DNA of 32,000 nt from a cyanobacterium endosymbiont of Epithemia turgida isolate EtSB Lake Yunoko (GTDB lineage: Bacteria > Cyanobacteriota > Cyanobacteriia > Cyanobacteriales > Microcystaceae). The notes beneath the pieces were generated by a model. It made no database searches and was not told the origin of the DNA. It saw only the letters and a list, made by a program, of their open reading frames with translations. The position numbers and the translations under genes are program-made. The DNA lies in the NCBI RefSeq assembly GCF_000829235.1, contig NZ_AP012549.1, positions 780,001-812,000 on the forward strand, read 5' to 3'. This document shows positions 21,789 to 31,215 of the stretch, in pieces (position 1 is the first letter of the stretch; the number at the start of each line of letters is the position of its first letter).

Positions 21789-21925
21789 AGCAGAAGTCGC
21801 TCGAGCCGAGTTTTGGTAAAACAACTTATGAAGACTCGAGACATCTTAACATTTGTATTCCCTCATTAGTTGATTTTTTTACAAAAAGCCACTCAACCTA
21901 AAGCAAGTTATAGCTCAATTTTGTA

Positions 21926-23191
21926 TCAAGAATTGAGTAAATTTAATTGTTCCTTAAGGATATTGGTAAGCTCAGTTGCTGCTCCTGACTTTCCTCTAAC
22001 CTGTAACAACCGATCGCGTATTTCTGTCAATTTAATGGGATTGGCTAACCAATCCAATATCAATTCTGCTACATCGGTTGCTTGAAGTTCCCCCACTAAT
22101 TCTGGCACAATCTCTTCATTAGCCCAAAGATTAGGCCAAGCAAATAATCGTCCCTGTTTAAGTACCATTAAATTAATAGCCTTAGCCAAAGCTCTCCCCA
22201 CTAAAGGGAAACTAGCTAAAATCCCTGGAATCCCATCCCAAGTCCGCATAGCATCGAGTTGTTGGGTAGGGAGCAAGACGATCATGGGAATTCCTAATGC
22301 TCCTAATTCGGCTGTGTTAGCCCCTACAGTGGTTAAGGCTAAACAACACTTACAGAGGTGATTGTAGGCAGGAAATTGGGTGATCAATTCTACTTGAAGT
22401 CCATTAGGAGTTTCTAGTCGAGGAGAGGAAGATGAGTCAGCACTAGCCATGACTAATTTTGCAGACACTCCCCCCATCTTCATTACCATAGGATTTTTAC
22501 TCGCATCAGCAAATTCGGCCAGAGTAGATAAATCTAGAGTGGGGGCAACAGGAAGAATAAAACGAGTTCTGGGGTTTTGTTGATAAACTTCTTCGGCAAT
22601 AGCTAAACATAAAGGAATCCCCTGCATCAATTTTCCTGGTTTTGATCCAGGTAAAATTCCAATAGTGGGAAAAGGAGCAATTGGGAATGAACTTACAGGA
22701 GTTGGGGCAAAATCAGACATCAAATCCCCTACTACGGTCAGTTTATGTTGATGGGATTTGGGAATAGGTTTAATCACATCTACATTCATGACTCCAAATC
22801 GATCAATCCAACGATACCAACGTGCTTCCCGTTCTGCATAGATGACGGTGCGGTATCCTAATCGTTTACCGAGTAGTATTGGATAAAATTGATCACCCCC
22901 CAGAAATAAGACAATGCCGTGTTTATGCCAGTTCCAATTCTCAGCCGTTTTTCCCCAGAATAAAAAATTAAAAAAATGTTCACTTGACTGAACCCGATCA
23001 ACTTCCAGGTAACGACCCGCGATGGCGGCTTCTTGTCCAGTAGCATGAGGACAAGGGGATAAAACCACAGAAATCCGTACTTGAGAGCTATTCCAGCCTA
23101 GAATTTCCCGTACAGCTTTCACTACAGGACGGACCCAAGTGGTTACTTCCCCTGGCCCGTTAGACAAAATAAGAATATCAGCTGGTTGCAT
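21926..23191 (-). CDS. Lipid-A-disaccharide synthase-related protein (GT19, LpxB-like)
   Basis: 421 aa with LpxB-like blocks: GILPGSKPGKL (compare LPGSR), ALTTVGANTAELGALGIPMIVLLP and WPNLWANEEIVPELVGE (compare LPNL..G..IVPELLQ). Confidence 0.75.
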   Translation of the reverse strand: MQPADILILSNGPGEVTTWVRPVVKAVREILGWNSSQVRISVVLSPCPHATGQEAAIAGRYLEVDRVQSSEHFFNFLFWGKTAENWNWHKHGIVLFLGGDQFYPILLGKRLGYRTVIYAEREARWYRWIDRFGVMNVDVIKPIPKSHQHKLTVVGDLMSDFAPTPVSSFPIAPFPTIGILPGSKPGKLMQGIPLCLAIAEEVYQQNPRTRFILPVAPTLDLSTLAEFADASKNPMVMKMGGVSAKLVMASADSSSSPRLETPNGLQVELITQFPAYNHLCKCCLALTTVGANTAELGALGIPMIVLLPTQQLDAMRTWDGIPGILASFPLVGRALAKAINLMVLKQGRLFAWPNLWANEEIVPELVGELQATDVAELILDWLANPIKLTEIRDRLLQVRGKSGAATELTNILKEQLNLLNS

Positions 23192-23413
23192 TGATAGTTG
23201 TTGATCCTTTTTTGCAAGAAAACCTCATCTTTATGATATCTTTGAGTGCAGCAATTGCTTCCCCTAGAAAGTAAGTTCTTCTACTGAAGTTTCGATACTC
23301 GGAGGATTATCTTACTTCCTCCCCATAATGGGGAGACATTTGTTATCCTAAGACCAAATAAGTGTATTTACTTAAATCTGCCGATAAAACGCCTTTGGCT
23401 AAAGAAATGAATT

Positions 23414-23977
23414 ATGAATAAGAATCATTTATTTTCTGCAATCTTTTTTTCTAAGCGTCTGATTTCAACTTTAATTTTGTCTGGGTGTTTTTTTACCGGT
23501 GTTCAAGCTTTAACTTGGGCAGGAAGTAATCCTGGATTAACAATTTTTAGTGGAGTTGAGAACCGTAAAGATATTCTCGATTATCATTTGGACTTTAATG
23601 GCCGTCCTAGACAAGTGGGAGAACGCTATAGACTCTATGTCCCAGGAAAAAAGTTGACTCAAGGGGCAAGTAAATTTTTTATCTCTTATCTTGAAAGGCC
23701 TAAATTCGATGGAAAATTTAATCTTGACAAAGTAGAAGTTCGTGTTGATGGCGAATCTTTACCCTTAAAAGATGTCTATTGGGATAAAGAAAGTCGTGTC
23801 GTCGAAATTGAGCTAGAAACACCTATCGAGGCTAGTAAAAAAGCAGAAATTATTTTTTCTGGGGTAAAAAATCCTAGCAATGGTACTTATTACTTAATTT
23901 GTGACGTTTTGAGTTCAGGAGAAATCCCCATTCGTATGTATGTAGGAACTTGGATTGTATCAATTGAAAGAGTTTAA
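23414..23977 (+). CDS. Conserved cyanobacterial secreted hypothetical protein (possibly DUF2808-like)
   Basis: 187 aa with an N-terminal signal/TM segment. The family assignment is from memory only and is unverified. Confidence 0.6.
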   Translation: MNKNHLFSAIFFSKRLISTLILSGCFFTGVQALTWAGSNPGLTIFSGVENRKDILDYHLDFNGRPRQVGERYRLYVPGKKLTQGASKFFISYLERPKFDGKFNLDKVEVRVDGESLPLKDVYWDKESRVVEIELETPIEASKKAEIIFSGVKNPSNGTYYLICDVLSSGEIPIRMYVGTWIVSIERV

Positions 23978-24018
23978 GTTTTTGATGGTTAAAATTAGTC
24001 AATAAAGATTGGACAATG

Positions 24019-24060
24019 ATAAGGGTTAACGACTGTTGATCCTTATTTGTTTACTTTTAT
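24019..24060 (+). terminator. Rho-independent terminator after the 23414-23977 gene
   Basis: 12-bp stem (24019-24030 pairs with 24035-24046, two G-U pairs), loop GACT, then the tail TTGTTTACTTTTAT. Confidence 0.55.
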
Positions 24061-25886
24061 TTAGTTAAACGAATTAAGTTATATCCACTCTACCTTAGAA
24101 TTTCATACATGTATTCAAACAATTTTTAAAAATCAATCCCTTTATTTATTATTTTAGAGGTTTAAAAATTTTAGCTATGTAAAGTAACGCCACTATTTAA
24201 TTTAGATATGTGTAAAGTTTACGATTCATCAAAAAATTTTATTGAACAAACTCTTTAGCTTTGCGATTTATTTCTATTCAGATAAGTTCTACGGAAAGTT
24301 TTACAGAGAAAAACGAGTATCATTTATTGATATCTATTACTTTGTCTGTAAAGTATTGTATGCTTAATAGCACTAAGTAAAAACGTCATAACAGTTTCTG
24401 AAAACAATGTTTACAGATTCTCTAACTGTTTGAAACTTAGGTGATATTTGTTTGAATAAAATTTTTAGAATAAACTGTCAATTTTAAATTCTATTTAAGT
24501 TTGGTAAAGTCAAGATAAAAGATACTAAAGTAGTTTTATATAAAAATAATATCTCCTAGTTTTGATTAAAATATTAAACATCAAGATAACCAAGCTTAAA
24601 ATAAACCTTTATCATAACTTATCTCAAGAGTTTAATAGAAAATTTTTCTGGCCTGAATGGTTTTTGTCCTCATTATTTTTTATATCTTCAACTTTTATTT
24701 CTGACTACCTGTTTTTTTAACGTATAACTTAGTATGTTATAAAATATTCTCTTTTCACATATTTTCTTTTCACAAAAAAACTATATTTACTAGATTAGCA
24801 CCATTATTATCCTTGATAAAAAATATTAATTACTATTTTTAATAAATATGTAAACATTATATAGTGCATTATTTAGGTTGAAGTATTTTGATTAATTGTC
24901 TCCAATATTAATATCAAAGTATTCTAGCCGTAAAGAAATATATTAAAATCCACTTCAGGCTTAAATTCATCAATAGCTAAAATAATATATTTTTAACCAA
25001 ACTAATAGATTTTATTCTTACAAAGAAGTCGGTAAATTAAGTAATCAAACATAAGATTAAAATAGTTTTTTACAACAAATATTTTTTTTACTAAAATTTT
25101 ACTAGTTCAGTTAGGTAAAATATTAAATAACAAAAAATTTTGGCAATTACCAAAGTTTAGAAGGAGAAATAAAGGATCGATTTAGAGAGGTGTACTGTCA
25201 ATATTCTACAGTAGAAAAAAAAATTAAACTGGTGATTAAAAGTACAACAATCGCTCCTTAAATCAAATAAACATGTTGTAGTAAAAGAACAGGAAATTCA
25301 ACTTAGTCAAGTTAAGGTTTAACAGTATAGTTGTTCAGAACATTGTCTTTGAGTTGAGTATTAGTGTATATTGCTTGTTCCTAGCTTGGCTATTTATCTA
25401 GATCGGTGTAACCATAATATTAAAATTTGCAAAGTTAGCTTAATAAAACACTATGATAGCATTAGTTATATTGACTTATTTTTATCTTTCATAGCGGTAT
25501 TTAGTAGGATGTATTATTTCTTAGCGTCCTAAAAAAGTTTAAATTATGTCGATTTTTTCTCCTCAAGTCAAAACTTTCTAAAAAAACTTTCCAAAAATTA
25601 TGGTAAATTTCATGTCGGGTACTAAATCAATTGTTTAACTGAGATCTTAATAATTACGAATTTCTTGAGTTTGTAAATACGCTTAGATTTTCTAGCAACA
25701 GTTTTCAACCGGGTTAAAATCAGAATATATAGGAGATAAAAATAAGATTTGTGCTCCTATGTATTCTATTAGTTTCCTAACTTTTTATGAGCTTGTCAAT
25801 TGTGCATGACCATAAGAGTCTTTGGCTACAATTATGATATCATCACCTCTATTTTATAAGGAATAAAAGTTTATTTGTCAATTTTT

Positions 25887-25926
25887 CGAAAGTAAAAGTG
25901 CTAAAAAAAATAACTTTCGTTTTTTT
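25887..25926 (+). terminator. Orphan terminator-like hairpin inside the desert
   Basis: CGAAAGT (25887-25893) pairs with ACTTTCG (25913-25919) around a 19-nt A-rich loop, followed by T7 (25920-25926). No ORF lies upstream. Confidence 0.3.
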
Positions 25927-26733
25927 AGTTGTTTTGGTATATTTATGAATCACGACTAGCTTAAATACTACCATGTTATTAACAATAGCATAGTTTGAAA
26001 GTTTGATTTATTCAGGTATTGTATAATATTCTTAATTTTATTTGGATAAAAATTATACAATGTTAAAATATTAAGTTTTTCTACTTTAATTAAAAAATTT
26101 TTTATCTAAATAAAAAAATGCTTCTATGCTTTTTCTTGCTTTCTAACGACTAATGAAACAATTTACATAAATAACTTGACAATATTCTGCTAGTTGTGGA
26201 GTATATTAATTGTCCATATTTTGAGTTTATATGATTTTAGTGGGAATATCTATGGAGTACAACTTTATTTCTTTATTTTGATTTATCTAGATCAAATCTA
26301 TTATCAACGGAGGAAATCATTGTCGCTCATAGAAAACGAATTTCTACTTAATTTCTTTTTGAGAGGGAAAAAGAAACAGCAAAACTTCTCAATGTATCTT
26401 AATCTTAGGACTGACATCACCCTTGAGCTCCTAATATAGTAAAGACATCAAGAAGAAAAGAGTAGTAACTTAAATTTTATACTATAAGCAACGAAAACAT
26501 TACCGTTATCTGCAATTACATCATTATCTCTACTATTATTATTTATTAGTTGATAATAAGTTATAATCTCAGACTTTTAAATATTTTTATACACTGCCTA
26601 TTTATTTTATTATACAAAGTGCTTTTTAGTATAGTTATTTATTGTCTTTATGTTTATTTTATACTTTAAGTGATAATGTTATTGTGCCGTTTTTTACATA
26701 TTAGTAAAAAAGAACTTACTGTGGGATGTAATC

Positions 26734-26760
26734 ATTAAATTAAATTGAATTTAATTTAAT
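26734..26760. repeat. 27-nt perfect palindrome (13-bp arms, central G)
   Basis: ATTAAATTAAATT G AATTTAATTTAAT, checked by hand. Confidence 0.85.
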
Positions 26761-27817
26761 AAAAATATAAAGTCAAAATTTATAAAAATAATTAATAATA
26801 TCTAATTTTATAATTATTTTAACCTACAGTAGTTTACTGCTAATTGAAACATATATCTCTGATTATAAATTTTAAAAATTGAGGTATTTAAAACTATTTA
26901 ATTAAGTTTTTTATTCGCTTTATTGTTTATACTTATTTATCTAAAAATTTTTCTGCGGTTTTTAATTCGTTCTAATTAATATTCTGTTAACTGATCAGCA
27001 AATTTAAATAAATAACTAATTTATAATTAATTTTTTTTTATAATATTCACTATAAATTATGTATAGCAATAGATCTCTTTCTAACAAATTTTTTCTAAGT
27101 GTTTATTTTACAAATATTGTTGATTGTCGTTTTTTTTATAGACATTATTTAATATAGTTAATATTTTAAATAATTGTTTTATATTATAACTTTTCTGTTT
27201 TTTATTGACTTTATTTATAAACTGTTCTATATTGTCGTTTTGAACATTATCTTTTTTTACCTTATTGATTATTCCATAATTCTATTAATTAAAATTTGGT
27301 TTATTGATAAATTGCTAGACAATAAATAGCATAAATTAATCATAATTATGATAACTAATTATATTAATATATTTTGGTATATATTTATGTAAATTATATT
27401 AAAATTTACGATATAAATTAATATAGTATTGTTTATTTATATCCAACTACTTAGTGCTGAGCGCTGGGCAATAGACAATGGTAAATAAGCCGCAAAATAG
27501 CTCTATAATGTTAAAACATCTTAATTATTTTGAGTGCTGCTATATTGGCTTAATTTTTCCATAATAAGACTTTAATTTAGAGCCTAAACATAGCCAAACT
27601 TCACTTTGTAGATACCAAATAATAAATAGATTAATATTGTCCGAAAACATCCTATTTATGAAGGTTAACTATTATTTGTAAATGAAACTTTTGTAGAAAA
27701 AAACTTTCGGTCATGTTTTTATAAACATAGTATAGTCCTAGTTAAACTATTATAAAATTCACCTGTGTATAACTGTTTACACTAATAAATTATTATACTT
27801 AATATTGGTTTTTAAGC

Positions 27818-29059
27818 CTACTTACAAAAATTTTCAGCGGCTCTAACAAAGATTTCAACTCCTAATAATAGTGCTGTTTCATCAAAATCAAAACAAGGAT
27901 GATGGTGAGGATAAGTAAACCCTTTATCTTGATTGGCTGATCCCAAAAAGAAGTAACATCCTGGTATTTCTTGTAGGAAGAAAGACATATCTTCTCCTCC
28001 CATAGTTTGACAAGAAGAAATGATTTTGGCAGGAGTTTCCATAACATCCATAGCCACTGAGTGCACTAAATCTGCCATCTTTTCATCATTAATAACCGGA
28101 GGATACAACCACCAATAATCTAGCTCATAAGTTGCACCAAAAGTTTGACAAATTCCCGTAACGATTTCTTCAATACGTTGACCAAAATATCCTTTTAAAT
28201 TAGAATTAAAATAGCGCACAGTACCACTCATCCTAGCCTTATCTGCAATAATATTTAATCCCGTTCCCGCATGAAGTTCCCCTACTGTAACGACGGCCGA
28301 GTCAAGAGGATTAACACTACGCGAAATAATTGTTTGTAAAGCATTGACAATTTGTGCACTAACTACCACAGAGTCCACAGTTTGATTAGGCATTGCCCCA
28401 TGCCCACCCTTTCCGAAAATATTTAAGTGAAAACACTCTACTGCTGCCATCAACGGTCCACTGCTCACCCCCACTGTCCCTAAAGGAAAATTATTCCACA
28501 GATGTAATCCAATAATGGCATCTACATCAGGATTTTTGAGAACTCCTTCATTAATCATCAGTCTTGCTCCTCCTGGACTTTCTTCAGCCGGTTGGAAAAT
28601 GATTTTAACAGTTCCTTTAAAATCATGGCGATGATGCCACAGATAATCAGCCGTTCCCAGAGCAATTGCCGTGTGTCCATCGTGACCACAGGCGTGCATT
28701 ACACCACTGTTTTGGGAACGATAAGGAACCTCATTTTCTTCTTGAATGGGTAAAGCATCCATATCAGACCGAATTGCTAAAACTGGTCCAGGATAGGGAC
28801 TAGTAATAGTGGCGACAATTCCTGTTTTAGCAATTCCTGTTTGATGAGGAATACCTATTTTTCTTAAAATTTGGGAAATAAAAGCCCCTGTTGCTTGTTC
28901 TTGAAATCCTAGTTCTGGTTGCATGTGCAACCGTCTACGCCATTGAACTAATTTTGATCGACAGGAACGAATATCTAAGCGAATTTTAGAGAAGTTAATG
29001 CTAGGAATTGAGAAAATTTTAGATGAAGCCATCAGAAGTAACAGATGTAGAAAACACAT
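27818..29059 (-). CDS. M20D-family amidohydrolase (N-acyl-L-amino acid amidohydrolase / hippurate hydrolase-like)
   Basis: 413 aa with WRRRLHMQPELGFQE, DMDALPIQE, MHACGHDGH, GKGGHGAMP and GGEDMSFF motifs. ATG 29032 (MASSKIF...) is an alternative start. Confidence 0.88.
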   Translation of the reverse strand: MCFLHLLLLMASSKIFSIPSINFSKIRLDIRSCRSKLVQWRRRLHMQPELGFQEQATGAFISQILRKIGIPHQTGIAKTGIVATITSPYPGPVLAIRSDMDALPIQEENEVPYRSQNSGVMHACGHDGHTAIALGTADYLWHHRHDFKGTVKIIFQPAEESPGGARLMINEGVLKNPDVDAIIGLHLWNNFPLGTVGVSSGPLMAAVECFHLNIFGKGGHGAMPNQTVDSVVVSAQIVNALQTIISRSVNPLDSAVVTVGELHAGTGLNIIADKARMSGTVRYFNSNLKGYFGQRIEEIVTGICQTFGATYELDYWWLYPPVINDEKMADLVHSVAMDVMETPAKIISSCQTMGGEDMSFFLQEIPGCYFFLGSANQDKGFTYPHHHPCFDFDETALLLGVEIFVRAAENFCK

Positions 29060-29363
29060 TACTCTATTCTAATATTTTATCAACAAGGTATTTTACCGAA
29101 TCTAAGATTCTAAACTCAACAATTAAGAATGAGAAACAGGGATATAGTTGAGAGAAAAAAAAATAAATGATTTTAAGGATTTGATAATTTAGTAAATAGC
29201 ACAGATTAAAATAAGTCTCGCCTTAAATATAAGTATGGTGGAAAGATACATAAATAAAACTATATTTGGATAAATACACAAGATTTTTAAATCTAGCATA
29301 AGGCTAAACTAATCTAAGAAAACCTCGTCTTATTTTATATGAAAGGGTAGTAATTATGCTCGC

Positions 29364-29406
29364 AAAAAAATAAAAATAATTTTATTAAAATTATTTTTAT
29401 TTTTTT
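29364..29406. repeat. 43-nt perfect A/T-only palindrome (21-bp arms, 1-nt centre)
   Basis: AAAAAAATAAAAATAATTTTA T TAAAATTATTTTTATTTTTTT. All 21 pairs were checked by hand, with the centre at T29385. Confidence 0.9.
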
Positions 29407-29823
29407 TGTTGTTCTCTATTCTCTACTTTCAAGGGTTTAATTATATATGAAAATCTCGATTCATTGAAAACAATTATACACAAGATAAATATTTTTTAAA
29501 ATAACCTTACTCATTTATATATGAATTTTGTACTTATGTATATATGGTATAAAAAAATAATTCACTATTTAATCTTTTTAAAGAGAAAATAATAATTATT
29601 TTAACTTAAAGGGTAGAAACACAGATATTTTTAAGATCAATCATCTAAAGAGGTTTCTACAATGACTAGACTAAAATAAGGATCACTCACATATTTATAT
29701 AAATTCTGTAAACTGAAGAAGACATTAACTAGCAGTAAGTATAAAACTTCTTGACTATAGAGACAAAAAAGGGATTTCAATGGTAAACTCTAATAGTGTT
29801 TCGGTAAAATTAAGGGTAAACCT

Positions 29824-30042
29824 ATGTACAATCCCTCTTGGCGCCAAGAACCACGTTATGAGCCAGCTGTGGTGATTCCAGTTAAATATGATTCTTCTAT
29901 CCTAGATTGGTTAAAAACCAATGACCGTCTGATTCCCTGCGAACAAGAAACCCTGATAATTCCCCTGAAAGAGGATGAAGAAATCTCAGAATTGATGGAT
30001 GTTGATGATAGCTATGATGATATTGATTTAGACGAAGACTAA
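29824..30042 (+). CDS. Small acidic conserved cyanobacterial protein (possibly DUF3134-like)
   Basis: 72 aa starting MYNPSWRQEPRYEPAVVIPVK, with an acidic tail (DVDDSYDDIDLDED). The family assignment is from memory only. Confidence 0.6.
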   Translation: MYNPSWRQEPRYEPAVVIPVKYDSSILDWLKTNDRLIPCEQETLIIPLKEDEEISELMDVDDSYDDIDLDED

Positions 30043-30081
30043 ATTAGTCTATACAACCTCACGCTGTATTGTCTGTGTTGA

Positions 30082-31215
30082 TTGTTATTCGATTCTAATC
30101 CAATATTCAAGATAGTTGTGGACGCTAAATTTTTCCCTTCAACCTTCTTTACAAAACCATCAGGGACTTTTTTACTAGTTCTATTAATAGTGCTGTTAAA
30201 CCTTTTGGTTTTAGGGTTAGTTCAACTTGTAGGACAACCAGTTGACTTTAGCCTGACACTTATTTTTCCTCTTGGTATTTCCGCCACTATCAGTGCAATT
30301 CTTGGTTATGGGATCGTTCCCCTGCTACGACGGCTTAAAACTGGACAAATTATCCAAGAAGACGGTCCCCAAGCTCACTTAACCAAAGCGGGAACCCCAA
30401 CTATGGGGGGAATTTTTTTTATACCTGTTGGAGTGATCGTAGCTCTAGTCTGGACAAACTTTGATCCTGCTGTTATTGCTGTTTCAGGCGTTACCCTTGC
30501 TTATCTTGGCATTGGTTGGATAGATGATTGGCAGATTCTACGACAACAATCCAATAAAGGGATTAGCCCTTGGGGAAAACTTATTCTACAAATCGTAATC
30601 GCTATTGGGTTTTGTTTTTGGGTATTTCAGAGTCAACCATCTAGCATTACTGATGTCACCCTTCCTGGTAATCTGATTTTGCATTTAGGACTTTTCTTTT
30701 GGTTAATTGCAGGATTTGTCCTAGTAGCTGAGAGTAATGCCACTAACCTCACTGACGGGGTAGACGGACTAGCTGCAGGAAATGGGTCCTTAGCTTTTTT
30801 GGGGTTAGGAGTATTAGTGGGTTCTGACAACTCAGGATTAATGATTTTCTGTGCTTGTCTGAGTGGAGGATGTTTAGGATTTGTCGTACACAACCGTAAC
30901 CCTGCTAAGGTTTTTATGGGGGATACAGGTTCTCTCGCATTAGGGGGTTCCCTTGGGGCAGTGGGTATTCTTAGTGGCAATCTTTGGGAATTATTTATCA
31001 TCAGTGGGATTTTCTTTGTTGAATCTCTCTCAGTTATTGCCCAAGTTGTCTACTATAAGGCAACTAAAGGACCTGATGGACAAGGCAAGCGATTGCTAAA
31101 AATGGCTCCATTGCATCACCATTTAGAATTAAGTGGTTGGGCTGAAACCAAAATTGTAGGAACATTCTACCTAGTGAATGCAGGACTGGCAGTTTTAGCT
31201 GTAGTTTTAACCTAG
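30082..31215 (+). CDS. mraY: Phospho-N-acetylmuramoyl-pentapeptide transferase
   Basis: Motifs KAGTPTMGG, NATNLTDGVDGLA, VFMGDTGSLALGG and MAPLHHHLE, with about 10 TM segments. The track start is TTG 30082. In-frame GTG 30118 (VDAKF...) is an equally plausible start. Confidence 0.93.
   Translation: MLFDSNPIFKIVVDAKFFPSTFFTKPSGTFLLVLLIVLLNLLVLGLVQLVGQPVDFSLTLIFPLGISATISAILGYGIVPLLRRLKTGQIIQEDGPQAHLTKAGTPTMGGIFFIPVGVIVALVWTNFDPAVIAVSGVTLAYLGIGWIDDWQILRQQSNKGISPWGKLILQIVIAIGFCFWVFQSQPSSITDVTLPGNLILHLGLFFWLIAGFVLVAESNATNLTDGVDGLAAGNGSLAFLGLGVLVGSDNSGLMIFCACLSGGCLGFVVHNRNPAKVFMGDTGSLALGGSLGAVGILSGNLWELFIISGIFFVESLSVIAQVVYYKATKGPDGQGKRLLKMAPLHHHLELSGWAETKIVGTFYLVNAGLAVLAVVLT

Larger units (their letters stand above)
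23978..27817. other. 3.84 kb ORF-free, very AT-rich desert (probable decayed gene tract)
   Basis: The only six-frame ORF of 60 aa or more is 26194-26439, which is low-complexity with no recognisable family. Stops are dense in all frames. Some 60-nt lines contain only 3 G/C (26761-26820 and 27001-27060). Confidence 0.85.

Noticed and set aside
21870-22085. 71-aa + strand ORF overlapping the 3' end of the lpxB-related gene
   Set aside because: It is antisense to a well-supported CDS and has no family signature.
25127-25258. 44-codon stop-free, protein-like stretch (…GNYQSLEGEIKDRFREVYCQYSTVEKKIKLVIKSTTIAP)
   Set aside because: It looks more protein-like than its surroundings and may be a gene fragment. 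However, there is no start at its 5' end and no family match I can make, and its length is within chance for 3.8 kb across six frames.
26194-26439. 81-aa ORF, the only long ORF in the desert
   Set aside because: It starts at TTG and is rich in I/L/F/Y/N/K as expected from translating AT-rich DNA. It has no motif, SD or family I recognise. At best it is a remnant, not a gene.
23978-27817. Replication origin (oriC) hypothesis for the AT-rich desert
   Set aside because: I found no cluster of DnaA-box-like 9-mers (TTATCCACA/TGTGGATAA), only isolated partial matches such as ATATCCACT near 24081. dnaA and dnaN are not nearby. Nothing supports an origin beyond AT-richness.
23978-27817. CRISPR array or other regularly spaced repeat array in the desert
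   Set aside because: There are no direct repeats at regular spacing. The shared words I found (ATTTATCTAGATC at 25392 and 26281, and TTTTGGTATAT..TTATG at 25932 and 27372) are single pairs of a length expected by chance in AT-rich DNA.
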